Shown in pieces: positions 24,096 to 36,886 of a DNA stretch of 64,000 bases (its first letter is position 1; every line of letters begins with the position of its first letter). The translations under genes were made by a program, and so were the position numbers. Below the pieces are notes generated by a model. That model saw only the letters and a list, made by a program, of their open reading frames with translations. It was not told the origin of the DNA and did not search any database. Source of the stretch: Scenedesmus sp. PABB004 (taxonomy: Eukaryota); contig JABVCE010000011.1 in the NCBI GenBank assembly GCA_014905635.1, positions 992,001-1,056,000 of the forward strand, in the 5' to 3' direction.

Positions 24096-24818
24096 GCGCG
24101 CGCTCAGTCAGCCCTGGCGCCGCGGCGGGGCGGGCGGGGAGAGGGGAGGGCGGCCGGGCGGGCGGGGAGGGAGGCAGAGCGGGGGAGGGCGGCTGGGCGG
24201 GCAGGCCCGCGGGCCGCTGCGGCGCCGGCGCGCTCTCGCGCGCCGCCTAGGCTAGGCTTGTTTTTGCGGGCGCCTGCGGCGGCGGCTCTGACTGCACACA
24301 CTGAGCACTTCCGGGAGCTACCCGACGCGCGGCGCTCCACGCCGCTGCGCGTTGCGACTTGAGGGACCCTGGAACGCCGCGCCCGCGCGCCTTCAGCGTG
24401 CCGGCGGCTGGCGCAGCAGCACGAGACGGCGGCTGGGTAACTGCTGCCTGGTCGCTGCCGCCTCGCAGCACCTGCCCGACCAACCGACCAGTCCGTGCGA
24501 GGCGGGCGGGGCGAGGTCCATCGGCGCGGCTTTTACCGGCGCGGCCAGGCAGCGACCCGCAGTGCTGCTGCGTGCAAGCGAGGAGGAACTGGGAATGGGC
24601 ATGCGTGTCGCATGAGGAGCAACAACAAGGCACTCAAACAGGCAGGAAGGATGGGCCAGGCAGGCGGCGCGCACAGCACGCCTGGCCACAAGCGCATGAG
24701 AAGATTGCAGCACAGCAAGCTGGGGCAGAGGCGACGCTCAAACGCTCACTCATGAACAAGAAAAGGGCGCGCGGCGTGCGTGCGGCGGCAGCTGGCCTCA
24801 CAGCAAGCTCCCGCGCGC

Positions 24819-25729
24819 TCAGGCGACGGCAATGTCCTGCCCGCCCTCGTCCTCGGGCGCGGGCGGCGGCACGGGCGTGCGCTTGGGCACCCTGATGGTC
24901 AGCACGCCCTCGGACACCTTGGCGCTGATGCCGCCCGCCTCGTCAGCGTCCTCGGGCAGCGCCCAGGCGCGGCTGAACGCGCCCGCGCGCCGCTCCTGCT
25001 GCAGCAGCTGCGGCGCGCCCTCGCCGCTGGCCTGCGCCGCCGCCGCGGCGTCGCCGGCGTCCTGGGGCGCGGCGCCGGGCGCGCGGCGCTCGCCGGCGAT
25101 GGTGAGCACGCGGTCCTTGGAGAGGCGGATCTTGAGGTCGGCCTTGGCCAGGCCCGGCACGTCGGCGAGGAGCTGGTAGCTGTCCTCGCTGGCCACCACG
25201 TCCAGCGACAGCGCGCACGACGCCTCGCCGCCGCCCTGCTGCTGCTGCTGCTGCTGCCACGGCTGGCCCCGGCGCTGCGGCCCGCAGCGCGACGCGGCGC
25301 CCCAGGCGTAGCTGCCGCCGGGCCAGTACACGGCGCCGCTCATGCCGGAGCGCGACGCAGCGCGCTCAAACTCGGCCGCAGCCTGCTCCAGCATCTCCTG
25401 CGAGCGTTTGGGGCCGTCAGGGCGGGAGGTGCGCACGAGGGGCGGCCGTGCATGGACACGCATGCATGTGCATGCATGCGGGCGCAGCAGCGGCGAGGCC
25501 GCCGCCGCCCGCCGTCCGCTGCGCGCGCAGAGCGCTGGCCGGGCCGCACCTTCATTGCGCGAGAGCTGGGATCGTCCCAGGCGCCGCGGTAGAAGGCGCG
25601 GGGCGCGATGCAGCGCACGACAGGCCGCGCAGCGCGCAGCGACGGCGCCGGCGCGGCGCGCCTGGACGCGCGTGCGCCACACCCGGCGCGTGCCTGGGTG
25701 GCGGAGCGGGAGAGCGTGGCGGTGGCCAT
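24819..25729 (-). CDS. HSP20: Small heat-shock protein (HSP20), copy B
   Basis: Same two-exon structure as copy A; at least five amino-acid differences in exon 2 (P/S, G/A, E/Q, G/S, A/T). Confidence 0.92.
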
Positions 25730-25885
25730 GCTTGCAGGCGGTGCGCGGCGGCGGCGGTGGCGCAGCGCGGGTGGGCGCTGGCGGGCGCTGCTGCTCTGCT
25801 GCCGGGTGGTGGTGGGCGCGGCTGCGGACGGCACTGGGTGCGGCGAGCTGCTAGGGCTTCTTGTGGCTGCGTGGCCGCGGCGGGC

Positions 25886-25891
25886 TATATA
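25886..25891 (-). promoter_or_regulatory. TATA box of sHSP copy B
   Basis: TATATA at the position equivalent to 14165-14170. Confidence 0.7.
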
Positions 25892-26693
25892 TGCGCCGCG
25901 CCGCGCGCTGCCAGCCAGTCGTCGAGCGGTTCAGCGGCGCGGCCGGCCAGCTGGCGGCGGCTGCGTGTGTGCGCAGCCAAGCAACGTGCGCTGCTGCACA
26001 GACTGAGCACGCTGAGGGGCGCGGCGGCGCTGCCGCAGGCGCGCCGCTGCCGCCGCGCTGCGGGCGAGCGTGCGCGCGCCGCGCCACGCGAGTCGGCACC
26101 TCGAGCGCGGTCGGCGCCGCAGCAGGAGTGGTTATTACCAACTCTACCAACTCTACAGAGAGGCAGGATCTGGGCAGGGGCCCTCGTGTTCCCGACCTGT
26201 GAGAGGTTCCGGTCAGCTTGTGCGCCCGCCAGGCACGTGTGAGCGGTGCACCGCTCTTGATGTTAAAAGGCTGTTGTTGTTTTTCTGTGTGTGTCTGTGT
26301 GTTATAATGCACCGGCAATGGCAGCCGCTGCAGGCATCAAAGCACCCGCGCGCGCAGTGTCCTGCCACGGTGCGTGGCACACACCAGCACTGCCCAGGTC
26401 CAATGAAGGAAGGTAGGCAGTGGAAGGGAGGACGCGCAGCGCAGTGCAGCGCACGGCGCCCGCAGGCGCGGCTGCCGCAGCAGCAATACATCAAGAACCA
26501 CGCTCCAAGCCCGTCGCGGGCAAAGCAAAAGCAGGCCGAGCTGTCAGCTCAGTTCCTAGCGGGGCAGCAAGGTGCGCACCCGCAGCGCGTGGATGCTGCC
26601 ACCCCCCACCCCCGCCCCCCGCCCCCAGCGTGAGCCAACCCCCCGGCCGTTCCGCGCAACCTCCTAGTCCAGCCGGGGCTCAGTCCCAGCCGC

Positions 26694-29600
26694 CACCGGC
26701 TGCTCAGCCGTAGCGCACAACCGCCTTGTCCACCAGCTCCGCCTTGGCCACGGTGAAGCAGTCAGAACACTTGGCGGCGGCCTGGCTCTGGAGGCCAAAC
26801 ATGATGAGGTTCTGCGTGGTGCTCACGTCCCGCGGGCGGTACGGCCACAGGCGCTCGCCGTCCTCCTTGTCCTCCTCAAAGGAGTTGGTCTCCGCCGCGT
26901 TGTTGTACAGCGCGCGCAGGCTGGCTTGCTGGTTGCCAAAGTAGTTGATCTGTGCGCGGGGGGCAGCGGTGGGCGGGCCACTCAGCGCGCTGCTGGTGGC
27001 GAGCGGTCGCGGGGGCAGCGAGGCGCAGCGAGGTGCGAGCGCAGCAGCCAGCAGCGGCGCCCACCTCCTGGCTCCAGCGGCGGCAGGCGTCGTAAAAGGT
27101 GCGCACAGACTCTGTGACCTGCGGGCTGAGCTTGCAGGAGCTGGTGCTCGCGCAGTCGCCCTGCTGCTGTATGGCGGTGTCCCGCGCCGCTGTCTGGGCC
27201 GCGGCCGGGAAGTCCTGGTGATACTTGGGCCGGCCGTCGCAGAAGAAACACATGTCCCAGCACGCCTGCGCGCCCTCGCACGTGCGACCAGGCAGCAGGT
27301 CGTACCAGATGCCGGCGGTGGTGTCCTGGATGTTTGGCGAGTCGGTGCCGACGCCGTTGGTCGGCAGGAACACGGCATCCGCCGCGCACGTCCAAACACC
27401 AGCAGCGTTGATCTTCAGCACGCGCCCCTGGGTGCCGGCATTGCTGCACGCGCACACGAGCTTGCCGCTGGCATCGCCGCGCGCCTCCAGGCCGGGGTTG
27501 GCGCCCCATTCCGCGCTCCACGCGGTGGCGCAGCTGCTGCCGGCCGCGGCGGTGGTGATGCAGCGCGGCGGCGCGGTGCGCGTGGCGCCGCCCTGCAGCT
27601 TCGTCCAGCCCGGCGGGCAGGTGAAGGTGACCTGGCTGGTGGCGGGCCGAGGCGTGCAGCTCCCGGCGGGCACGCCCTGGACGCAGCTGGAACGGTCCTC
27701 GCTGGATACCAGGCCAGCCGGGCAGCTGGAGCACACGGTGGCGGTGCCGTCCTGGAAGCGACCAGCGCCGCAGGAGATGTCGCAGGCGTCGCCGGCCTGG
27801 CCCGGCGGGCAGCGCATGAAGACGCAGGTGCGGCCGTCCTTGGAGGTGCGCCCGGACGGGCACGCCTGGCAGCTGGTGAAGGTGCCGGGGTTGTAGAGGC
27901 CGCCGGTGCAGGCGTTCTCGCAGAGCGGTGCGTTGCCCTTGCCCGGGGGGCAGACGGTGTAGATGCAGCGGGTGGCTCCACGAGAGGTGTCGGAGTCGTC
28001 GTCAGACTCCATGTCACCAGGGCAGGCCAGGCAGTGGGTGAGCTGGCCGTTGTTGTAGTTGCCCTTCTTGCACTTCCCGCTGCACTCCTGGCTGTCATCG
28101 TCGAGCTCCCGGCCGGCCGGGCAGCTGGTGATGATGTCAATGCACGCTGTGGCGTTGTTGTTGGCCTTCTTGCCCGGCGGGCACGCCTGGCAGCTTGCAA
28201 AGCTGCCATCGTTGACCTTACCCTGTGACTTGCAGCAAACATCGCACTTGGGCGCGTTGCCGCGCCCGGGGCGGCAGGCTGCGCACGAGGCAGGCAGGGG
28301 TTGCGGTCAGCAGCCTGGAGAGCAAGCAGCAGCGCTTGGGGCCAGCAACCAGCAACGGCAAGCGGCAGGCAAGCGCACTCACTGGTGGGCACGATGGGTG
28401 TGCACAGCGTTGCGCCCACGGCAGACTGTTGGCCAGCAGGGCAGGCGCGGCAATCGCCAAATGTGCCGTCGTTGTAGGTGCCGGCGGTGCAGTTGTGGTC
28501 GCAGTTGGTCGCCAGGTCGCCCGTGCCAGCAGGGCACGCTGCGGGGGCGAGAGAGCAGCCGGTGGGGTGTGAGCATGAGCGGACACACACGGCGGCGGTG
28601 CGGCTCAGCGGGCCAAGGAGGTCTCCCGCGGTGAGCTGCTGCACTCACTCGTGCGAGGGATGGGCTCGCAGCCAGTGCGGTCAGCGGTGGACCGCATGCC
28701 GGCAGGGCACTGCATGCACTGCATGTAGTTGCCGTCGTTGTAGGTGCCGGGAATGCAGGGGTTGTCGCACTGGAACATGTAGCCAAAGCCAGGCGGGCAC
28801 ACTGCGAGTTGGCAGGTGGGGTCGCCGCGTTAGCAGGGCTCACACAGCGCGCCCTGCGATCGGCCGACGCTGCAGCGCCGGCCGCAGCGCGCGCCCGCGC
28901 GCACTCACCAAGGTCTGGCAGCGCTGCGCCCTGGGCGACCTGGCCCAGGTCGGGGCTGACGACGAACGAGCGAGTGCCGATCTGGTCCTCTCCGCCGCGC
29001 GTGGCCCAGCCCTTGCCGGGCACAAACACAAAGCCCCAGCACGCGGCGTTGGTCTCGCACTTGAGGCGGCATGCCAGCTCGCTGTCGCACTCGCCCCACT
29101 CAACGCCCTTGGCCATGTTGGTCTCCTCCACCAGCGCTGGGTTGGTGCTCGTGCCCACCAGGCCCGCCTCGGTCTTGGCCACCCACTGCGCGTCCATCAC
29201 GCAGCGCGTGTACACGCCCGCCGGCTGCGTCTTGGCCCAAAGCTTGGTGCCGGTGGTGCTGGCCGAGGAGACGAGCTCGCTGGGCGGCAGCTTGTAGTAG
29301 AGCCGCGCGCCGACGTAGCCAGGCCCAACCGGCGGCAGCGTCGCGTGCTTGCAGGTGCCGCCTGCCGTCTCAAACTGGGCGATGCAGCACTGGGCGGCGG
29401 GGCAGGACTCGATGCAGTCCACAAAGGCACGGCCCGTGGTGACGTTGAACAGGCTGCCGTCCAGCGCGAGGCGGTGGCCCGCAGGCGCGGGGAGCTGCGC
29501 GTAGCGCGGCACACACGTCTCCGGCCCCACCATGCCCGTGGCAAAGGTGATGCCCGCGCTCGTGTATGTGTCGCCGGAGGGGTGGTTGAACGCCGTGGTC

Positions 29601-32600
29601 GGGCACGCGCTGCAGCGCAGGCCGCCGCCGGCGTGGAAGGTGCCGTAGGTGCACAGCATGCAGTCGGCGGGGTTGGTGGATGTGGGCTTGCTGGCAGGGA
29701 TGCCGAAGCCGGCCGCGCACACGTCGCACACGACGGCACCAGGGCCGGACGTCGAGGTGCCGGCCGGGCAGCGCAGGCAGAGCGGGTTGTTGGTGGCCAC
29801 GCCAGAGGGAGTGTCTGGCACGGCCCTGTACCCCACGGGGCAGGGCTTGACGCCCATGCTGGCGCTGGGCTGCGGCGGCGCCCAAGGGTTGTCGGCGTTG
29901 GCGTCAAACACCCCGTTCCCAGCCGGGGCCTTGCAGTCGTGAATGCTGGCCTGGGGAGTGCCATCACCGGGGATGTAGTCGGTGGTGCGGCCGGGCGGGC
30001 AGGGCGTGCAGGGATCCATGCTCTCGGCGGCGTTGTAGAAGCCGTCGGGGCACCTGGCAGGGGCGGGGGCGCACGGTCAGGCGCGGCGCGGCGCTGTTCT
30101 GGGCCCACGACCCAGGCGGCGACGGCGTGGCTGCCAGCCCAGCAGGGGCGGCCCAGCAGCACAGCGGCACTCACTGGTTGGCACCCTCGCTGGTGTAGCC
30201 AAAGCCAACGGGGTTTGTGCATTCATTGTAATTAGCCGCGCCGAGCGGGGAGCGCGTGTTCTTGGTGCAGGCCTTGCAGGGCGAGGCATACAGGCCGTAC
30301 ACGCGCTGGGCGACACCGTAGGAGTTGGCCGCGCACTGCACTGCCTTGAAGGCTGAAAAATCCTCAGGGTCAAAGTTTAGGCCCCAGCCTTGCTCAATGA
30401 CTGCGGCGGCCGGGGCGGACGGAAGCTGCGTGAGCGCCAGCATTCGGCGAGCCGCCGGCGCGCACTGCGCTGGCCAGCGTGCGCGCTGCGGCCGCGCGCT
30501 CACAGCAGGAGGCGCTGGATGATGCCACGCGGCCAGGGAAGGGGTCGTTGGCCATGACCACGCGCTGGTCGCCAATCTCGTCAAAGTCCCTGGTGTTTTT
30601 GTGACGCGGGCGGGCAGTCGTGTGAGGTGAGCGCGGCCCGGCCGCGCCCGGCTAGCGCGGCCCGGCGCCGCGCAACGCAGCCCGCCCAGCTCGGCGCAGC
30701 AGCCAGCCCGGCCCAGCGCCGCCCACCTGTACTCGGACAGCACGCCCTTGCCGCAGGGCTTGCACACGTCCGTGCCGTCGCCGGTGGACTTGGCCTCGGT
30801 GGGCGAGACCCAGCCGGACCGATAGTAGCCGGTGCCGTTGACGTTGGTGGGGCACTTGGCGAGCGTGCCGGTGCTGCCGCTCATCTGAACGTAGTAGCCA
30901 GGCGGCACCTCTGCGCAGCAGGGCAAGCGAGAGGTGAGGCGCCGGCGCGGCGGCCGGTGCTGCTGCTCGCCTGCTGTGCGCGCCGCGCGCGAGCGGCCCA
31001 GCGCCAGGCCGCGCCAGCCCGCGGCACGCACGGCAGTCGTTAACGCTGCGCGCGCCCACGGTCTCCGTGGTGGTATCCAACGGGCAGCGCTTGCACGAGT
31101 AGACAGTGCCGTCGTTGTAGTAGCCATACGGGCAGATGTCAGCGGCAACAATCTCCTCGTCCTGCGGCAGCGTCACCGAGGGGTCGTCCAGCGGGGCGCC
31201 CTTGAGCTGGAAGCCCGGCAGCAGCTCTGCGGCGGTGCGCGTTGGGGCGGCAGCGGCGGGCATTGTCAGTAGCAGCTCCGAACGCAGCCGGCGCCGAGCA
31301 AGAGCAGCTGGCGCGCGGCAGCCGCCTGCCACGCGTGCGCCGCTGCCACCCACTGCTGCAGGCGGCCCGCGCGGTAGCGCCCTTGGCGGTCGTGGTCCAG
31401 CCGGGCGGGCAGGAGAGGCACTTGATTGCCGCCGCGTCAGTGGTGAGCACGTACTCCTCGCGGTACAGGCCCTGAGGGCAGTCACGGACGACGTTGAGCT
31501 CCCAGAACCGCCCGGGGGGCACCTCTGCGCGGGGGGCGGCGGCCGGTGTGGCGTGAGCGCCTCGCGCGTGAGGGCGGCAGTGCTGCCCCCCAGCTCTCGC
31601 GCGGCACGCGAGCAGCTAGTCAGCCAGCTGCGCAGAGCGTGACACTCACGGCACACGAGCTCCTTCTTGGCGCGAGCGCCAATGTAGCTGGGCGGCGCGC
31701 TGAGCCCCGACTGGCAGGGCAGGCAGGTCCTGAGCTTGTTGGCCTCGGGCGCGTAGCTGTCGCCCGTGCAGCGCACGCCAGGGCTGCCGGGCTGGGCGGG
31801 CAGCACGTAGCCGGCACGGGCAACTGCGGGCGCGGGGCGCGGTGGGGGAGGCAGGCGTGTGAGAGGCGGGCGTGGCCGCTGGGGTCGGCAGCGCCTGGAG
31901 GCGTGGCTGGGCGCAGAGCGCTGCTGCCACCCGGGCTGGCTGCCTGCTGCCGCCCGTCACTCACTGCAGTCGCTGGCCCGGGCGGTGCGCTCAGCCTTGG
32001 TCGTCAGGCCGGTGCCGCAGGAGATTGGGAGCCCGCCGATGGCATCCTCCGCGGCGCTCTTGCCGGAGCGGTCGCCGCCGGGGCAGTACGAGCCGAACGG
32101 GCAGGGCCGGCACTCACGCGTGCTGCCCACCTTGACCTGAAAGGTTCCAGGAGGGCACACTGCGGGCGGGGCGCGCGGGTGAGCAAGCGGGGCCGCCCGC
32201 GCGAGCAGGGCGCAACAGCGGGCGCAGCGGCTGGCCGGTGACGCCGCTGCCGCTGCGCCCGCTCGCGATGCCACCGCACGGGGAGGGTGCCGGGAGCCCC
32301 TGCTTACCGCACTGCACGACGGAGCGGCCGTCCGAGCCGCGCACGGGCACGTAGGTGCGCTGGCAGCGCAGGCAGACGTACGTCTCGCGTGAGTCCAGGA
32401 TGCGCGTGGTGCAGCGCCGCGCCGTGCAGGCGGGGATCTGAGCCGCGCAGGTCACGCCGGTCTGCAGCAGCTGGCGCCCGGATCGCCCGGCGGGCGTCGC
32501 CGCGGCACCCGGAGATGCCGCCGCGGCGCAGAGCAGCGCCAGCAGCAGCAACACGCCCCCGGCGCGTCGCGACGCCATCAAGATGGCAACAGGAGCGCAC

Positions 32601-32683
32601 CCAAGCTGGCTGTGGCGCCGCGGGCCGTGCGCAGCGCGCTGGCTGAGCGAGAGTGCCGGCGCGGGCCGCCGCTGCGCGCGTGC
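26694..32683 (-). repeat. Large inverted duplication, right outer arm
   Basis: Reverse complement of ~7223-13222. Confidence 0.95.
26704..32578 (-). CDS. Secreted cysteine-repeat protein, copy B
   Basis: MASRRAGGVLLLLALLC..RQLLQ; same exon/intron layout as 7340-13212; ends AVVRYG*. Confidence 0.85.
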
Positions 32684-34453
32684 TTCTCTAAATGGCGTCG
32701 CTCCACCGCCAGCGTCGTGTGCTGGAGGCGCGGCGTCGGCCCGGCGGGGCGTGCGCGCCGCGCGCTCTGCCATGTTCGCCCTGTTAGGACGAGGACGGGC
32801 CGGGGCGACCCGGGCCGAGCACGCGTCTGTGCAGCGCGCGCTCTCGCCGAGATGCCACGCGCCGTCTGTGCGGCGGCGCCCGCCGGCCCAGCCGTGAGCG
32901 ATGCCAGCGAGCCGCAGGCCACTGAGTTGATGATGATGTCAACGACCCGCCGCTGCAGCGCCCTTGCTGCTGGCGAGCACGCGCCGCGCGTTCGGGCGTC
33001 CAAGCCGCCAGCAGCCCGGTCGTGCGGCCGAGCGCGGCCGCTGCGCTGCGCGGCGACGACGGCGGCCCGCCCGGGCCGACCTGCAGGTCAGCGCGGGCGC
33101 GCTGCGGCCGGCCATGCCGCTGGCCCCCACGGCGCGCCACCTGGCCAGGGCAGCGGCAGCGCCCCGCGCCAGCGCCGCCCGCCGCCCTGACGGCGCGCGC
33201 CGCTGGCTGCCCGCTTTGCGCCAGCGCGCTGGCGCTGGCGACGGCACCGCGCCGGCACCGCGGCGGCGCAGCCGCCGCCAGCGCGCGTCGCCGCCGCCAG
33301 CGCGCCGGCCGCCTGTGAAGTATCTCGCGGCGTCAACCGCCCCGCCGCGCGCGTGGTGCCTCGATCGCGCAGGGCCGCCTGGGCCGCCGGCAACGCGCCA
33401 GGGCCATGCGGGGGCGGCGGGGCGCGGGCAGGCTGCGTTGTCGGCGCGTGGCCTGCGGAGCGCGTGCGATGCGATGCCGCGCCGCCGGCGCGCCAGCGCG
33501 GCGCCCCGCAGCGGCGCGGCACACGGGCGTCATGGCGCGCCTTGCGCTGCGGCGCAGGCGCGCGCCGGGCCGCCGCGGCGCGTGCCTGGACCTCGGGGCC
33601 CGCACGCCCTAAGGATACTTTTGCTGGGATATTTGTGATCGCACGATTGCCGCCCGCCCAGCACGCCCGCGCCCCAGCCCGCCCGCCCAGTCGGTCCACC
33701 CCCACACCACACGCACGCTGCGGCGCCCAGGCGCGCAAGGCACGCACGCGCACGGCAACGAGAGGCGCAGCCCCAGCGCACGCGCTCGTTCCGCAGCCCG
33801 GAGGCCGGCCCAGAGGACCGGTTCCAGCGCACAGGCGTGAATCAGGGCTCCCCGGCGCGCGAGGAGCGTCCGAGCGGCGCCGCGCCCCATCGAGGTGCGC
33901 AGCGGCGCTCCGCTGGGGCGCGCCAGGGCCGTGGCGCGGCCGGGGCGGCTCGGGCGGCTCGGTCTCAGGCGCCGGCAGCGGCCCGCACCGGTGGCCGCGC
34001 GCGCGCGGGGCGCGGCGCCGGCGGGGCGTTTCCAGGCCTCGCCCGGGCGCAGCAGGGCGCCGAGGGGCCAGCCCCGGCCGCCCCCCGGCCGGGGAGCGCG
34101 CCGCAGCCGTGCCAGCGGCGCGCCAGCGCGGCATGGCGACCCGCATGTCGCCCCTGCCCTCCGGCGCCGGGCGGCCGCGCAGCCCGGTATTGGCGGGGTC
34201 GCGGCTCGCGCGAGATGCGCCCCCGCCGTCCCCGCGTGCCGCCGGGCCCGGGGGCCCTCGGTGCCGCGGTTGGTGCGCGCCCGCGGCAGCCGGGGCCGAG
34301 CCCGCCCGCCCCGCCACGCCGCCGCCCGCAGGGCCCTCCCGCGCACCAGCTACGCTGGCAGCTGTGCAGATCCTCCCCTCGTGGCAGTCGCTTGGGGGCA
34401 GCGGCGGCGCCCTGGATGGGCAGCAGCACGCGCCCGGCCAGCCGCTCCACCCC

Positions 34454-36886
34454 ATGCTGAGCGGCAGCCCGGACGCCGGCGCCGTGCCGGTGGCGGGCAT
34501 GCCCTGCCCGGAGGACGCCGCGGCGGCGCCCGCCGGCCCGGGGCAGGCGGAGCTGCCGCGCAAGCTCGCGGTGCTCGGCCTGCCGTGGGACACGAGCGAG
34601 GACACGCTGCGCCTCCACTTTGCCCAGTTTGGCGCGGTCGAGGCGACGGAGATCATGAAGGACCGCCTCAGCGGCAAGAGCCGCGGCTTTGGCTTTGTCA
34701 CGTTTGCGGACAGCGCCTCGGCGGCGCGCGCGCTCACGGTGGACCACACCATCGACGGCCGCCGCTGCGAGGCAAAGGTCGCGCTGCCCAAGGTGCGCGC
34801 GCGGCGGGCAGCAGCGGCGGCGGCAGCGGCGCGCCGCAGCGGCTGCGACCCAGCGCAGCGGCGGCAACGGCGGCGCGCCCGCCCCACCCGCCGCGCCCCC
34901 GCCGCGCCCCGCCCCCGCGCCGCGCCGCAGAACCTGCTCCAGGGCGACATGGCGCCCGTGTCGGCGCGCACGACGCGCATCTTTGTCGCGCGCATCCCCC
35001 AGAGCGTGACCGACACGCAGTTCCGGGCCTACTTTGAAAAGTACGGCCGGCTGCAGGACGCCTACATGCCGCGCGACCACAGCCGCCAGGTGCGCGCCGC
35101 GCGGCAGCGGCGGCGGCAGCGGCGGCAGCGGCGGCAGCAGCCGCAGCGCCGGCAGGGGCGGCAGCCGCAGCGGCGGCCGCGGCGGCCGCAGCAACAGCGG
35201 CGGCGGCGGCAGCTGCTCACCCGCGCGGCGGCGCGCGACGCGCAGATGTACCGCGGCATCGGCTTTGTGACGTTTGCGACGCCCGAGAGCGTGGAGAAGG
35301 TCATGGCCTGCAAGCACTGGTGCGCCGCCGCGCGCGCCGCGCGCCGGCGGCAGGCCCTGCGCCGCGCCGCGCAGCGCGCGCCTCCCCGCGCCGCGCCGCC
35401 CGCGCGCCGCGCCGACCGCGCCGCGCCGCGCCGCGCCGCGCAGGCTCAACGGGCACGAGGTGGCCATCGACCGCGCGACGCCCAAGGAGGACGGCCGCGG
35501 CGGCCACGGCCACGGCGGCGCCGCGCTTGCGGGCAAGCCCGGCGGCGGCGGCCCCGGCGCGCGGCGCTCGTTTGACAACGGCGCGGGTATCGTGGGCCCC
35601 GGGCTCACGCCGATGCTCAACTACCAGGCGCAGCTCAGCCAGCTGCTGGCCGACCCGATGGCCATGGCCGCGTCGCTCGCGAGCGGCATGCGGCTGAGCG
35701 AGGAGCAGCAGCGGGAGTTCAGCAACGCCGCGGCGGAGCTGGCGACGAGCCACTTCAACGCGGCGGCCGCCGCCGCGGCGGCGGCGTGCGCCGACTTCAA
35801 CGCCGCCGCGGCCGCGGCCGCGGCGGAGCAGGCGGCGTGCAGCGGCGGCAGTGGCTCGCCGCTGCTGCCCCAGACGACGACCGCGATGCTCTGCGGCCTC
35901 AGCGAGCCCGGCTGCCACGCCGACGGCAGCAAGTCGCCGACCGCGCTCGACGGCGGCGCGGCGGCGGCCAACGCCGCCGCCGCGGCCGCCGCGGCGATGG
36001 CGGCGATGGCGCAGGGCATGCCCCTGCCGCCGCTGCCCGGCCTGCAGGGCCTGCAGGGCCTGCTGCCGCCCGGCATGAACCCCGCCGCGATCCAGAGCCT
36101 CGCCAAGACCGCGGGCCTCTTCCCCGGCGGCCCCATGGGCCAGTTCCCGGGCCTGGGCGGCCCGCTCGGCGGCCCGCTGCCTGGCCTGCCCGGCGGCGAC
36201 GCGTTTGCGAGCCAGCTGTTCGGCGGGCTGCCCGGCATGCCGCCGCCGGGCATGAAGGCGCACGGGCTGCCGCCCGGCGTCGGGGGCGGCCCCGGCGGCG
36301 GCCCGCGCAAGAGCCTCGACGCGGTGCTGCACGGCGGCCCCGGCGGCGCGCCCGGCGCGCCCGGGCGGCGCAGCGCGGAGAACCCCGCGATCCAGAGCGT
36401 GCGCGCGGGGCCGCGCATCTTCATCGGCAAGCTCACCAAGGACACGAGCGAGGCGGACGTGAAGGAGTACTTTGGGCGCTTTGGCTTTGTGATGGATGTG
36501 TACATGCCCAAGGCCAAGGACAACAAGACCGAGCACCGCGGCTTTGGCTTTGTCACGTTCGAGACGGACGCCGCGATCAAGCGCGTCGTCGGCGCGGGCA
36601 CGCACAAGCTCAAGGGCTCCACCATCGCGATCGACATCGCGATGCCCAAGCTCGACGAGGAGGGCGGCGCGCTCGACGGCGGCCTCGGCGGCGCGGGCCT
36701 CGGCGGCGGCGGCGGCATGCCGCCGCTCGGCGGCGGCGGCGCCGGCGGCGCGGCGCCGGCCGCGGCGCGCCGCTCGGCGCCCCAGGGCAGCAGCAGGCGC
36801 AGCTCGACGCGATGGCGGCGGGCATGATGGCCGCCGCCGCCGCGGCGCAGCAGTTCAGCGCGCGCAACTCGCTGCAGATCATGTGA
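34454..36886 (+). CDS. Three-RRM RNA-binding protein (hnRNP A/Musashi-like); start uncertain; apparent 1-nt frameshift near 36785
   Basis: RRM1 KLAVLGLPWDT..KSRGFGFVTF; RRM2 RIFVARIP..YRGIGFVTF; RRM3 RIFIGKL..HRGFGFVTF; three GT-AG introns; long non-coding 3' region follows. Confidence 0.9.

Larger units (their letters stand above)
24455..26096 (-). repeat. Large inverted duplication, right inner arm
   Basis: Reverse complement of ~13968-15629. Confidence 0.95.

Noticed and set aside
7223..32683. Large inverted repeats as the termini of a giant transposon or endogenous virus
   Set aside because: The arms and spacer are ordinary intron-containing host genes; no transposase, integrase, polymerase or capsid gene and no TSD was seen.
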